A DNA stretch of 64,000 bases from Microcystaceae cyanobacterium (GCA_041746575.1 JBGTGT010000098.1:96001-160000), one strand, 5' to 3'; counted from the first letter of the stretch, positions 52,331 through 62,820 are shown. The notes: generated from the sequence alone by a model not told the origin. Translations and numbers: made by a program.

Positions 52331-53872
52331 TTAAATTTCTCGGCTGGAGTGAATATCTACGCCACTGATGCTTGTGCCTTGAGTGCCAATTAAGACATCT
52401 GCTTCCTTGACGAAGCCATTATAGGCTTCCATGCCGTGTTCACCCACATCTAAACCTTCAAATTCTTCTTCTTGTGTTACGCGAATACCCAAGGTTGCTT
52501 TGAGGGTTGACCAGACAATCAGGCTAAAAGCAATAGTAAAGAGACCAACAGCAACAATACCGATAATTTGGTTGATTAACTGCTGAATCCCGCCACCGTA
52601 GAATAAACCCGTGGTTGTATTGAATAAACCAACCGCTAACGTTCCCCACGTTCCATTAACAAGGTGAACAGAGATCGCCCCAACCGGATCATCAATGTGC
52701 ATTTTGTCAAAGAAGGAAACGGCGTAGACGACAATAATCCCAGCGATCGCTCCAATGATAAAGGCACCTCCATAGCTGACGCCATCACAACCGGCCGTAA
52801 TGCCGACTAAACCTGCCAGAATCCCGTTAATAATCATGGTTAAGTCGGGTTTACCATCTTTAAACCAAGAAGTAAAGGTGGCAGTGATTCCACCAGCGGC
52901 GGCTGCCAAGTTAGTGGTCACAGCAATATAAGGAACTGCCGTATCCGCCGCCAATTCAGACCCCGGATTGAAGCCAAACCAACCAATCCAAAGAATCAAA
53001 CAGCCTAAGGTCGCAATACTGAGGTTATGACCCGGAATAGCATTAATCCGTCCATTGGTATATTTGCCCATGCGAGGGCCGAGAATCCAAGCCCCGACTA
53101 AGGCCGCCCAACCCCCGACAGCATGAACGACGGTTGAGCCTGCAAAATCTCGAAAGCCGCCATCTTCTCCTTGGAGGTTAAATAGCCAACCGCTACTACC
53201 CCAAACCCAATGTCCCGTAATCGGATAGGAAATGCCGACTAATAGAAGGCTAAAAATCAAGAAGTCGGTAAATTTGATTCGTTCTGCCACAGCCCCCGAT
53301 ACGATAGTAGCGGCAGTTCCAGCAAAAGCAACTTGGAATAGGAAGAAAACAGGAACGGGTAAGCCAGCAGGGAAAGGATCAAGTCCATAGGTGGCAGAAT
53401 CCCCACTTAAGAACCAACCTCCGCCGCCCAATACGGAATTGTCGGGGTTGCCAAACATTAAGGAGTAACCAATTGCCCAAAAAGCAACCGTTGCTAGGGC
53501 AAAAACAATTAGGTTTTTCGCCAGAATATTAACGGCATTCTTTTGACGACATAAGCCCGTTTCGAGCATTCCGAAACCCGCATTCATGAAAATGACGAGA
53601 ATAGCGGCGACTAAAACCCAAATAGTATTGAGATAGCCTTGTAGCGTTTCTACATCGGTGGCTGTTTCCGCCATAGTGGTCTTATCTTGGGCAACGACCG
53701 CACCATGCCACAAAACAACGATAAGCGCGGCAAGCGGAATACAAAGCAATAAAGGCGTAGAAAATTGTCTAGTAATGGCTTTTATGGCTTTAAAATAAGG
53801 AAAAATCCCTTTTTTTTCGTATTGCCTACTCAAAGGCGAATTTTGTTCAGTTAAGGTTTTTGTTTTTGGCAT
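52331..53872 (-). CDS. amt1: Ammonium transporter
   Basis: [39 protein letters not shown]. Confidence 0.95.
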   Translation of the reverse strand: MPKTKTLTEQNSPLSRQYEKKGIFPYFKAIKAITRQFSTPLLLCIPLAALIVVLWHGAVVAQDKTTMAETATDVETLQGYLNTIWVLVAAILVIFMNAGFGMLETGLCRQKNAVNILAKNLIVFALATVAFWAIGYSLMFGNPDNSVLGGGGWFLSGDSATYGLDPFPAGLPVPVFFLFQVAFAGTAATIVSGAVAERIKFTDFLIFSLLLVGISYPITGHWVWGSSGWLFNLQGEDGGFRDFAGSTVVHAVGGWAALVGAWILGPRMGKYTNGRINAIPGHNLSIATLGCLILWIGWFGFNPGSELAADTAVPYIAVTTNLAAAAGGITATFTSWFKDGKPDLTMIINGILAGLVGITAGCDGVSYGGAFIIGAIAGIIVVYAVSFFDKMHIDDPVGAISVHLVNGTWGTLAVGLFNTTTGLFYGGGIQQLINQIIGIVAVGLFTIAFSLIVWSTLKATLGIRVTQEEEFEGLDVGEHGMEAYNGFVKEADVLIGTQGTSISGVDIHSSREI

Positions 53873-54182
53873 CTTTTTTTCGTAGTTTCAACATTTCAAC
53901 AGTTAGGTTCGGTATGTAGAACTTAAGTTTTCCCAGAGCTATTTACTCATAACTTGAAGATAAAATTAGATAGTTATGGTAGAGATCAGTTTTAGAGATG
54001 ACTTAGCCCTGAGTTGGGCAGAATTTACGCCTCTAATGACTCTAGTGTGCCTAGAGATGTTTCTTAGTTCGATTCAGGATTTAAGGATACCTTAACCCGA
54101 CTAAGGGGCAAGCACAATTTTAAATCGCCTCTGAACCGAGCCAAAGTCTCTAAATTGTTTATTTTTTCCTTAAAAGACTTCT

Positions 54183-54196
54183 GTAACTTGCGATAC
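54183..54196 (-). promoter_or_regulatory. NtcA binding site upstream of amt1
   Basis: Perfect GTA-N8-TAC (tGTAacttgcgaTACa) about 310 nt upstream of amt1. Confidence 0.85.
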
Positions 54197-54297
54197 ATTT
54201 CACCCAATCTATAGCAAACTTTTAGATTAAAATCCGATTTGTCATAAACAGGGACCAGTCGCCTATCATTTTGACTTTTTTTGCTTAAAAAGACTGA

Positions 54298-54927
54298 TTA
54301 TTCACTGATCACTGCATTATTATAAAGACTCATTGCCTTTTCGACCCCTTCTTTTAAGCTCGTTTCGACTGCCTCAAGGGATAAGTCTAAAACCTTTGAG
54401 ATGATTTTTTGTTCGGGTGGCGTAAACTTGCCTAGCACATGGGAAATTGTCTCTTTATCCGCCTTGGATTGGCCAATGCCGATTCTTAATCGAGGAAAAT
54501 CGGGTGTTCCCAGATGAGAGATTAGGGATTTCATACCATTATGCCCCCCTGCTGACCCAGACAGTCGCAAGCGTAACCGTCCGACGGGTAAATCCAGATC
54601 GTCGTAAATAACGAGAATGGACTGGGAAGATAGTTTATACCAGTCTAAAACGGCTCGGACGGATTGGCCTGAAAGATTCATATAGGTTAAGGGTTTCAAC
54701 AAAAAACGCTTATTTCCGCTTTTTCCTGATCCTTCTGCTATTAATCCTTGAAAACGACGGTGATTTTGCCAAGAAAGAAGCCAACGCTTCGACAAAAGAT
54801 CAACCGCCGCAAAGCCAATATTGTGACGTGTATTTTCGTATTTGGGTTCAGGATTGCCGAGTCCCACAATTAACTGGGGAATAACCGCCGAATTTGCTTT
54901 TTTTTCGTCATTCAGTCGATGAGTCAT
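54298..54927 (-). CDS. pth: Peptidyl-tRNA hydrolase
   Basis: LIVGLGNP, TRHNIGF, KPLTYMNLSG, GGHNG, RLRIGIG. Confidence 0.97.
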   Translation of the reverse strand: MTHRLNDEKKANSAVIPQLIVGLGNPEPKYENTRHNIGFAAVDLLSKRWLLSWQNHRRFQGLIAEGSGKSGNKRFLLKPLTYMNLSGQSVRAVLDWYKLSSQSILVIYDDLDLPVGRLRLRLSGSAGGHNGMKSLISHLGTPDFPRLRIGIGQSKADKETISHVLGKFTPPEQKIISKVLDLSLEAVETSLKEGVEKAMSLYNNAVISE

Positions 54928-55144
54928 GCTGATGAAACAACGTTTCTAAATATACACGAGCGCAAGTCCGATAGTGTTCAGCGGATTGGGATAGGGGAAC
55001 ATTTTCCCGTTGTAAAAGAAATGAGGAGAGTGCCGCCACAAAAACCCGATCTAAATCCCAATTCGGATGATTTTCTAAGTAGTTGGTCAAGGAATCATGC
55101 AATTCTTCTGGAATGTCAGCTAATATGCTCACGGATGTCTTCAT
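54908..55144 (-). CDS. DUF2811-type protein
   Basis: SILADIPEELHDSL..YLENHPNWD.DRVF.AALS.FLLQ pattern; likely start at 55144. Confidence 0.85.
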   Translation of the reverse strand: MKTSVSILADIPEELHDSLTNYLENHPNWDLDRVFVAALSSFLLQRENVPLSQSAEHYRTCARVYLETLFHQHDSSTE

Positions 55145-55250
55145 AGTTACCTCAAATAAACCCACTGATTCTTCTCACCCGCTAACGTTCAAACGGGTTA
55201 ATCGGACGTGGGTAAACTACATTTTGCTATCTGGCTTTAGGCTTGTCAAT

Positions 55251-55268
55251 GCTACGAAATGTTACAGA
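55251..55268. promoter_or_regulatory. HLR1-like direct repeat
   Basis: GCTACGAA-AT-GTTACAGA, degenerate match. Confidence 0.35.
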
Positions 55269-55424
55269 AATTGCCAGAAAGACAATCTTTGAACGAGAGA
55301 ATAAGCCTTGTAGCCCATTTTTTGTTACAAAACTTCAAATTATCTCCGTAGTGATTTCTTTGCTTAAATTAAGAAGCGCATATTCCCCACTGATTCGGCT
55401 TCATTATCCTTTGCGGAATTTTTC

Positions 55425-55454
55425 TGTGGAAAACTCCAATAAAGTTGTGGAAAA
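55425..55454. promoter_or_regulatory. Two DnaA-box-like 9-mers (TTTTCCACA on the minus strand)
   Basis: TGTGGAAAA at 55425-55433 and 55446-55454, with degenerate neighbours. Confidence 0.5.
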
Positions 55455-55578
55455 CGTCGGAAAAGATTGGGGAATACTTGGGGAATGGATAGGAAAAATA
55501 GGGTCCAAAAAATAAGAATTACAAAGTTTGAACAATATGTAACAATTTACAGATAAACCCGCGAGTTTAAAGTACCTT

Positions 55579-55797
55579 ATGGCCAGTACAATAAAGAAAG
55601 GATCATTAGTCCATGTTGTTCGGGAACAATTAGCGAATAGCCTTGAAGCGAAGGCAAGTGATAGTCGCTTTCCCGCCTATCTTTTTGACAGTAAAGGAGA
55701 AGTGGTCGACCTCAAAGAAGACTATGCGCTGGTGCGATTTTATGTTCCCACGCCGAACGTCTGGTTACGCATTGATCAGCTTGAATTAGCTGGATAA
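55579..55797 (+). CDS. ndhO: NAD(P)H-quinone oxidoreductase subunit O
   Basis: [32 protein letters not shown]...[12 protein letters not shown]. Confidence 0.95.
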   Translation: MASTIKKGSLVHVVREQLANSLEAKASDSRFPAYLFDSKGEVVDLKEDYALVRFYVPTPNVWLRIDQLELAG

Positions 55798-55967
55798 GCC
55801 AGTAAAACGTAATTTCTTCCCCGAAAACAGAGATTCAGCTCAGCCGTAACCCAGTTAACCTTAAATCTCCTACCGCTACACAGAAGACAAACGTCAAGCA
55901 TTGACAGCTCCCGATCTTTGATGTGTAGTGGAGTGAAATTGATTTCTAACGCCAAAATTTTCAAAAT

Positions 55968-56942
55968 ATGACTGAATCTCCTGCTTTTCTTCCCTGTAAA
56001 TCTCCTAGAGTCTGCGTCATCGGTGCAGGTAACGTCGGAAGAACCCTAACTCAACGCATTGCTGAAAAAAAACTGGCAGATGTTGTTCTCGTTGATATTG
56101 TCGAAGGACTGCCTCAAGGGGTGGCGTTGGATTTAATGGAAGCACAAGGCTTAGAAGACCACGATTCCTTAATTTCGGGGACAAATCACTATGAGGAGAC
56201 GGCTGGCTCTGATATCGTCGTGATTACGGCAGGTCGTCCCCGCAAACCCGGTATGAGTCGGGATGATCTGATTGGAATCAATGCCAAAATTGTGCATGAA
56301 TCGGCTCAAAAAGCGATTAAATACTCTCCGAACGCCATTTTTATCATTATTACTAACCCCCTCGATGTGATGACCTATCTAGCGTGGAAAGCCACCGGTT
56401 TATCTCCTCGGCGAGTCATGGGAATGGCAGGGGTGTTAGACTCGTCTCGTTTACAAACTTTTATTGCCATGGAATTGAAAGCATCCACCGCCGATGTTAG
56501 TGCCATGGTGTTAGGGGGACATGGGGATTTAATGTTACCTTTAGTGAGATATTGTACGGTTCGGGGTGTTCCAATTACAGAGTTAATGGATAATAACACC
56601 ATTGACCGCTTAATCGAAAGAACCCGCAATGGTGGCGCAGAAATCGTTAAATTGTTGCAAACAGGGGGTGCCTATTTTGCTCCGGCTTCTTCTGCCAGTT
56701 TGATGATTGAAGCCATCCTACGCAATCAATCTCGATTATTACCGACAGCCGCTTATTTACAGGGAGAATATGGCTTAGATGACATTTTCTTAGGTGTTCC
56801 TTGTCGTTTAGGTTGTCAGGGGGTAGAAGGTATCTTAGAAGTGACGTTAACAGAAGCCGAAAAACAAGCACTTCGTACCTCTGCTGATTCAGTGCGGGAC
56901 AATGTTAAGGTTGCCTTAAAAAGTGTTGGACTGTCATCATAA
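55968..56942 (+). CDS. mdh: Malate dehydrogenase (LDH-like)
   Basis: IGAGNVG, TAGRPRKPGMSRDDL, TNPLD, GVLDSSR, GGHGD. Confidence 0.93.
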   Translation: MTESPAFLPCKSPRVCVIGAGNVGRTLTQRIAEKKLADVVLVDIVEGLPQGVALDLMEAQGLEDHDSLISGTNHYEETAGSDIVVITAGRPRKPGMSRDDLIGINAKIVHESAQKAIKYSPNAIFIIITNPLDVMTYLAWKATGLSPRRVMGMAGVLDSSRLQTFIAMELKASTADVSAMVLGGHGDLMLPLVRYCTVRGVPITELMDNNTIDRLIERTRNGGAEIVKLLQTGGAYFAPASSASLMIEAILRNQSRLLPTAAYLQGEYGLDDIFLGVPCRLGCQGVEGILEVTLTEAEKQALRTSADSVRDNVKVALKSVGLSS

Positions 56943-57037
56943 TAAGGTTATTTATAGCGTAGGCAATTATACAAGCAGTCTCCATCATTCTTTGATTTGC
57001 TTACCTTGCTGTACAAAATTTAAAAGTCAAAATTAAA

Positions 57038-58279
57038 ATGTCACTTGAAAACGTGCTAAAACCTTATCAACGCTTTGGTGTTAATTTAGGGCTAGATCGC
57101 ATTATAATCTTACTTGAATTATTAGGAAATCCTCATCGTCAGGTCCCAATTATTCATGTAGCAGGAACCAATGGCAAGGGGTCAGTTTGTGCTTATTTAG
57201 CCTCCGTTTTACAGGAGGCTGGCTACAAAGTGGGGCGTTATACTTCTCCTCATTTGATCAATTGGACAGAACGAATTCAAATTAATCATTTCCCTATTCC
57301 AGAAACAGAATTTATCGACATTTTTAATACAGTTGAAGCTGTGATTCAAAATACAGAAGATCCCCCGACTTTATTTGAAATCGTAACCGCTATTGCTTGG
57401 TTATATTTTGCTCAATCAAAGGTCGATATTGCTGTGATAGAAGTGGGGTTAGGGGGGCGATTAGATGCCACGAATGTCTGTGATAATTCTCTTGTTAGTG
57501 TAATAACTTCCATTAGTCGGGAGCATTGGCAAGTTTTAGGCAACACACTTTCAGAAATTGCCGCAGAAAAAGCAGGTATCCTTAAATTTAATTGTCCTGC
57601 TGTTATCGGCCAATTACCGCCCGAAGCAGAAGAAGTGATCAAACAAAAAATAGAAACATTACACTGTCCTACGATATGGGTAGAACCGGCTACAAGAATT
57701 GACGATAATTTAGCTGAATATAAACATATTAAATACACTTTACCTCTTTTAGGCGATATTCAACTTATTAATTCTGCTTTGGCGATCGCGGCTTTATCCA
57801 TTTTGCAACAACAAGGATGGCAGATTCCGACAACAGTAATTGAGCAAGGCATGGCAAAAACGCAATGGTTAGGGCGACTACAGTGGATAGATTATCAAAA
57901 TAGACGCATTTTAGTAGACGGAGCGCATAATCCGGCGGCAGCGCAGGGATTAGCACAATATGTTCATGGATTGAATCAACCTGTCACTTGGGTGATGGGA
58001 ATGTTATCGACTAAAGATCATCGAGAAATTTTACAGACCTTATTAAGAAAAGGAGATAATTTATATCTTGTTCCTGTTCCCGATCATAGTACCGCAAACC
58101 CTGAAGAATTAGCACAGTTAGCTTTAGAAATTTGTCCCTGTTTAGCCAAGATTAAAATCGATTGCGATGTTTTTTTTGCGTTAAAAGCGGCAATTCATGA
58201 GTCAAAAAATGACTTAATTGTTCTTTGTGGTTCTTTATATCTAGTTGGCTATTTTTTAAAACAGTTACCCCATAGATAA
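57038..58279 (+). CDS. folC: Bifunctional folylpolyglutamate/dihydrofolate synthase
   Basis: HVAGTNGKGS, YTSPHL, EVGLGGRLDATN, DGAHN, CGSLYLVG. Confidence 0.96.
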   Translation: MSLENVLKPYQRFGVNLGLDRIIILLELLGNPHRQVPIIHVAGTNGKGSVCAYLASVLQEAGYKVGRYTSPHLINWTERIQINHFPIPETEFIDIFNTVEAVIQNTEDPPTLFEIVTAIAWLYFAQSKVDIAVIEVGLGGRLDATNVCDNSLVSVITSISREHWQVLGNTLSEIAAEKAGILKFNCPAVIGQLPPEAEEVIKQKIETLHCPTIWVEPATRIDDNLAEYKHIKYTLPLLGDIQLINSALAIAALSILQQQGWQIPTTVIEQGMAKTQWLGRLQWIDYQNRRILVDGAHNPAAAQGLAQYVHGLNQPVTWVMGMLSTKDHREILQTLLRKGDNLYLVPVPDHSTANPEELAQLALEICPCLAKIKIDCDVFFALKAAIHESKNDLIVLCGSLYLVGYFLKQLPHR

Positions 58280-58306
58280 AAAGTAGAACCCGTTTCTAAC
58301 TTATGA

Positions 58307-58324
58307 GGTGCAAGGTTTGCGCCC
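58307..58324 (+). repeat. REP-like hairpin copy
   Basis: GGTGCAAGGTTTGCGCCC, same as 9342-9359. Confidence 0.7.
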
Positions 58325-58496
58325 AGAAGTGTATGAGATTAATTCACAATTTGCTACAGGACGCGTGAAATCTCGATTATTATTAGTTGATAGATAATGA
58401 AAAAAAGATGATAATACAATGATAAAAAAATGACAAATTTTTTAACAAATATCCGAATATAATAATAAATATTTTAAGAAATTTTTGATAACGATT

Positions 58497-59057
58497 ATGG
58501 AACTCTTGACAACAGGCTTAATGTCTTTGGGGTTAGCAGCCGATGCCTTTGCTGTCTCTTTAACCAGTGGTTTTGCGATTCGTCATATTAAAGTACATAA
58601 AGCTCTAAAAATTGCCCTCTTCTTTGGTATTTTTCAAGGAATTATGCCCTTGATTGGTTGGTTAACTGGATTAACCTTTCGGGAATTTCTCGCCAATTTT
58701 GACCATTGGATTGCTTTTATTTTATTAGCATTTATTGGCAGTAAGATGATTTATGAAGCGTTGTACGAAGATGAAGAAAAGCCTTTTAATCCTCTCGACT
58801 CTTATACCCTTTTATTATTAGCGATCGCCACCAGTATTGATGCCTTAGCGGCAGGTTTGGGCTTATCTGTTATTAAAATGTCTATTTTATTGGCTTGTAC
58901 CATGATTGGAGTGATTACATTTTTAGTTTGCTTTATTGGCGTTTATTTAGGTCATCAATTTGGCAGTTTATTTAATCAAAAAATTGAAATTTTAGGCGGA
59001 ATCACGCTTATTGGCGTTGGTTTTAAAATTTTAATTGCCCATCTGAGAATGCCTTAA
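58497..59057 (+). CDS. mntP: Manganese efflux pump MntP family
   Basis: LAADAFAVS, FGIFQGIMPLIGW, DHWIAF, AIATSIDAL. Confidence 0.93.
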   Translation: MELLTTGLMSLGLAADAFAVSLTSGFAIRHIKVHKALKIALFFGIFQGIMPLIGWLTGLTFREFLANFDHWIAFILLAFIGSKMIYEALYEDEEKPFNPLDSYTLLLLAIATSIDALAAGLGLSVIKMSILLACTMIGVITFLVCFIGVYLGHQFGSLFNQKIEILGGITLIGVGFKILIAHLRMP

Positions 59058-59127
59058 GTTTTTACGCTTTGATCATTAGAGTGAAAAATAAGGTTATTGT
59101 AAGATAATAGAAGTTTTAGGAGGATTT

Positions 59128-59358
59128 ATGTCATCTTCATCCATCTGGAAGTATAAGCCTTGGTGGTGTCAGCCTTGGACAATTCTGCTAACAGGCATCA
59201 GTATTATTGGAGGAAGTTGGCTCATATTTCAGAAAATATGGCTAACGTCTCTTATTAGCTTGTTGATTATGCTGTGGTGGCTTTATTTTTTGATTTTAAT
59301 GCCCTATTTGTTGAAAAAACAAGAAATAATGGCAATATCTCAATTCGAGTCCAAGTGA
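59128..59358 (+). CDS. Small conserved cyanobacterial membrane protein (KPWWCQPW family)
   Basis: WKYKPWWCQPWTILLTG plus two TM segments; AGGAGG RBS. Confidence 0.8.
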   Translation: MSSSSIWKYKPWWCQPWTILLTGISIIGGSWLIFQKIWLTSLISLLIMLWWLYFLILMPYLLKKQEIMAISQFESK

Positions 59359-59360
59359 GG

Positions 59361-59633
59361 TTATCTTAGATGATCAATCAGAGATAAATAATCTGTATAG
59401 GTTGCTTGTTGAATTTCTTGAGACGCTTGTTTAAGAGAAGGTATACCGACTAAGAAACTAAAACTCATTAATCCTAAAGTCGCTAAAGCTCCAATCCAGT
59501 AAAGCCATTGATTTTGAGGAGGGGGAGAACTCACAGGAGATTCTATCTCAAGAATCATGCCTAAATCAGGATATTGAAAGCTTAGAGGAATATAAGAAGA
59601 AGTGTAAGCTTGTTTACGATAGATAAAGTTCAT
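59361..59633 (-). CDS. Hypothetical protein with DUF4278-like N-terminus and a TM helix
   Basis: MNFIYRKQAYTSS resembles the neighbour's MQLTYRGQAYTSS. Confidence 0.65.
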   Translation of the reverse strand: MNFIYRKQAYTSSYIPLSFQYPDLGMILEIESPVSSPPPQNQWLYWIGALATLGLMSFSFLVGIPSLKQASQEIQQATYTDYLSLIDHLR

Positions 59634-59699
59634 GATGAAGACTCTAGTGTTGTTGAGGTTGAATAAAGAATCAAAGGCAGTAAAAGGAATTTCGGAAAT

Positions 59700-59924
59700 C
59701 TAAGCAGAAAGAGGATAAGAAAAAGCTACTCGATGAGATTGAAAGTCCATCATCATAGCGGATTTACTGGTATAAGAAACGCCCCGATAAACTAAATTAG
59801 TCTTAAACGTAACAGCGACAGAAGCCGAACGTTGGTAAGATTGACCGCGATAGGTAAAAGATTGAGAATTAACAGCAGGGGTGTTAGAAGAGGTATAAGC
59901 TTGTCCGCGATAGGTTAGTTGCAT
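59700..59924 (-). CDS. DUF4278 domain protein
   Basis: Three YRG(Q/V)xY repeats; GGAG RBS. Confidence 0.85.
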   Translation of the reverse strand: MQLTYRGQAYTSSNTPAVNSQSFTYRGQSYQRSASVAVTFKTNLVYRGVSYTSKSAMMMDFQSHRVAFSYPLSA

Positions 59925-60048
59925 CGTGTTTGTCTCCGTTGTTTTTCTTGATGCTTACAGTATGTCCCAAGTCTCCGACAGAAAAAATACGGTTTTGTTA
60001 AGGAAACATCAGGAAAAATGTCAGGAAAGTTCAGCATTTATTTGTACT

Positions 60049-60143
60049 AACGTGAGTTCGACGAAGCCTAAATTTAACGAGATATAGTGTTTGGCGACTT
60101 AATGAGGTATATGATTGATGATAGGGGTGCAAGGTTGGCACCC
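60049..60143 (+). repeat. Solo MITE-type terminus plus REP-like hairpin
   Basis: AACGTGAGTTCGACGA at 60049-60064; TAGGGGTGCAAGGTTGGCACCC at 60122-60143. Confidence 0.65.
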
Positions 60144-60174
60144 GAAGGTGTATTTTTAGTTACTTTATTTTTTA

Positions 60175-60798
60175 TTAACCCTTACCCGATTCCTTAGCAA
60201 GGAGGATTAAAGCATTTAAAATGGCCGAGGCGACGGCAGAACCCCCTTTTCGTCCATTGACGCCAATTTGAGGCACAGATAGCTCTTTTAATCTTTCTTT
60301 TGACTCTACAACAGAAACGAAGCCGACAGGAACACCAATGACTAAAGCCGGTTGAATCTGAGCTTGGGAAATCGCCTGACATAGAGCAAGTAAGGCAGTT
60401 GGTGCATTGCCAATGATATAAACGCCTTGGGGGTAGGCTTCAAAACAACGCATCAATCCTGTTTCTGTACGAGTTTTACCCGTTTCGGCTGAATCAGCTT
60501 GTTCAATGGCTGTGATAATCAGATTGTTGAAGGTTTTCTGCACAAGCGTCAAAATGCCCTGCTTGACCATCGTTACATCGACAATAATAGGAGTCTGTTG
60601 ACGTAAGGCAGTGATTCCTTGAGTAATTCCCTTATGGGAAAACCAAACAAGATTTAGAAACTCAAAATCAGCCGTAGCGTGGATAATTCGCCGTGCGATC
60701 GCATATTCTGCAGGATCTAAAAGATGATTGCCTACTTCTTTATCGATAATCTCAAAGCTTTGGCGTAAAATCGGATGATTTAAAGAAGAATCAGACAT
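60175..60798 (-). CDS. cobH: Precorrin-8X methylmutase
   Basis: SFEIIDKE, RRIIHATAD, IGNAPTAL, GVPVGFV..VESK, GRKGGS. Confidence 0.95.
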   Translation of the reverse strand: MSDSSLNHPILRQSFEIIDKEVGNHLLDPAEYAIARRIIHATADFEFLNLVWFSHKGITQGITALRQQTPIIVDVTMVKQGILTLVQKTFNNLIITAIEQADSAETGKTRTETGLMRCFEAYPQGVYIIGNAPTALLALCQAISQAQIQPALVIGVPVGFVSVVESKERLKELSVPQIGVNGRKGGSAVASAILNALILLAKESGKG

Positions 60799-60872
60799 GA
60801 ACATTAGTTCGGGTAAAGAAATCAAGCAGAGGTAAAAAGACTATAAATCAATTTTACTATCCCTAATTCTCT

Positions 60873-61775
60873 CTAAAGACCTAATTTATGCAAAACAGTC
60901 TGAGTAGAAATAATATGACGCTCTAATCCTAACGCTTTTGGCTCAATACCCAACGCTAACCCAATCAATTGGGATAAATGTAAGACGGGGATCCCTAACG
61001 ATTTCTCAATCACTTTTTCTACCTCAGGTTGTCGAGAATCCAAATTCAGGTGACATAAAGGACAAGGCGTTACGAGACAATCTGCCCCTGCATCTATGGC
61101 TTCTAATAGGTGTTTTCCTGCCATTTTAAAGGATTCTTCCGTGGCGTAGCTCGATAACGGCCAGCCACAGCATTTTGTTCTACCTTGATAGTGAATGGGG
61201 GTTGCGCCCAGAGTACGGAAGACATCTTCCATAGATTGAGGAGCAAAAGGATTATCATAAGGTAAGGTTTCTTGCGCTCTGAGTAAGTAACAACCATAAA
61301 AAGCGGCGCATTTTAACTCCTCTAGCGGAAAAATAACTTTTTTCTCCAGATTTTCTAAGCCATAATCGGTGACTAACGCCCATAATAAATGTTTAACGTC
61401 TGTTATGCCTTGATAGGGGGAACAGTGTTCTTTCTCTAAGAACTTGTTAACTTTCGTTAAATAGTCAGGATTATTCGTCTTTGCGTGCTTCAATCGTTCA
61501 TCTACATGACCAATCACGCCCTGACAGGTACTACAGTGGGTTAACAAAGGCAAATTGAGGGATTCCGCCAAGGCAATATTACGAGCATTTACCGTATCTT
61601 CTAAAAGTTGAGATTCTTCTTTGAATGTGCCAGAACCACAACAAGATGCTTTTTTTAGCTCAATTAGCTCAATTCCTAACGCTTGCGTAATGGCGTCCGT
61701 TGATATATACAATTCTCGGCAAGCACCTTGAGCCACACAGCCGGGAAAATAGGCATAGCGAAGTTGAACCATCAT
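60873..61775 (-). CDS. hdrB: Heterodisulfide reductase subunit B family (CCG-domain) protein
   Basis: YAYFPGC, SCCG, CSTC, FYGC, KCCG, PCPLCHLNLD. Confidence 0.9.
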   Translation of the reverse strand: MMVQLRYAYFPGCVAQGACRELYISTDAITQALGIELIELKKASCCGSGTFKEESQLLEDTVNARNIALAESLNLPLLTHCSTCQGVIGHVDERLKHAKTNNPDYLTKVNKFLEKEHCSPYQGITDVKHLLWALVTDYGLENLEKKVIFPLEELKCAAFYGCYLLRAQETLPYDNPFAPQSMEDVFRTLGATPIHYQGRTKCCGWPLSSYATEESFKMAGKHLLEAIDAGADCLVTPCPLCHLNLDSRQPEVEKVIEKSLGIPVLHLSQLIGLALGIEPKALGLERHIISTQTVLHKLGL

Positions 61776-62027
61776 TTAAACGCTGTTCTCCTGAAGCGAG
61801 CAGTGAGATATTTTAAGATCCTTACTGTTCTTGATCATAACGGTTTTGCGGAAAGACGAGGTAAAAATGGCAAATTTCTTAAAGCCTGTGAGTTTAGGGT
61901 ATGACAATATGTGAATTAATCCTGAAAATACCTAGATTTTTTTAGGGAACTCTATTATCCTAAAGATCGTCTGGGTAATATTTGTCTGTAATTTATCCAA
62001 AAACAACATTAAAGTGAGGTTATTGTA

Positions 62028-62600
62028 GTGATTAATAAACTTCAAGCCGTTTCAGGACTGGCTTTAGCGGTAACTGTAACTGCGATTGCGATTGCACCCG
62101 TCAAAGCAGAATCGAAAGAAACCTTAATCAGTCAATTACGGGGCTACGAATTCTATGTTCCTATTGAGGTTTATCAAGACGACTGGCTACAGTGGAAATT
62201 TACCGAAAATATCGTTGTAGGCCGTGTAGTGGCTAAAGTCGGCGATATCTGTACCGTCCGTCTTATTTCTCCTACTGATGTAGAAATCGGCCGGTCGTCT
62301 GGACTGGAACATCTTGGCTGTGGTTGGGAAACCAGTGCGGGGGATGATGTAATCTTGGGTTTTGATGATACTGGCTGGACAATATTGGACGAAGAAGTAT
62401 ATGCTGTACTCTATCGTACTGCCTTACCTCGTTGGATTACCCGTCTTGACCTCAAAGAAGAAGCAGAAGTCCAACGGACTGCCATTGACTGGGGTGATAA
62501 CCGTGAAGTCGAACTTCCTCCTTTACGTCCTCAAGCTGCCACTCCTGTCCCTGCTCCTGTTTACGAACCTGAGCCTGAACCCATTCGAGGTATGTGGTAA
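62028..62600 (+). CDS. Secreted hypothetical protein with Pro-rich linker and terminal PIRGMW
   Basis: GTG start after GAGG; signal peptide ending PVKA; C-terminus PVYEPEPEPIRGMW. Confidence 0.75.
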   Translation: MINKLQAVSGLALAVTVTAIAIAPVKAESKETLISQLRGYEFYVPIEVYQDDWLQWKFTENIVVGRVVAKVGDICTVRLISPTDVEIGRSSGLEHLGCGWETSAGDDVILGFDDTGWTILDEEVYAVLYRTALPRWITRLDLKEEAEVQRTAIDWGDNREVELPPLRPQAATPVPAPVYEPEPEPIRGMW

Positions 62601-62820
62601 TATTTGTTGTTTGTTAAAGTTTTTTTAAGGACTTTCAAACATTCATTATTACAGAGCGTTGCTTGATTAAAAAGTGGCAACGCTTTCATTTTTTTTAACG
62701 TCGTTATTATAACATTAGGTGAAAGATTAATGCGCACTCTCAATTGAGCTTTATATTCCCTGCTCTTTAAGCTTTTAGAATTTCTAAAAATTTGGACTAT
62801 CGCAAGTTAGAGCATGCTGT

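Noticed and set aside
55243..55515. 90-aa intergenic ORF
   Set aside because: No RBS or recognisable motif; it overlaps regulatory repeats of a divergent promoter region
58280..58496. yybP-ykoY Mn riboswitch or Fur box upstream of mntP
   Set aside because: AT-rich with no recognisable riboswitch stems; GATAAT words do not form a convincing palindrome
59925..60048. Glutamine riboswitch upstream of the DUF4278 gene
   Set aside because: The conserved glnA-motif segments (CGTTCA, GGAAGTA, GAAGGAACG) are not present
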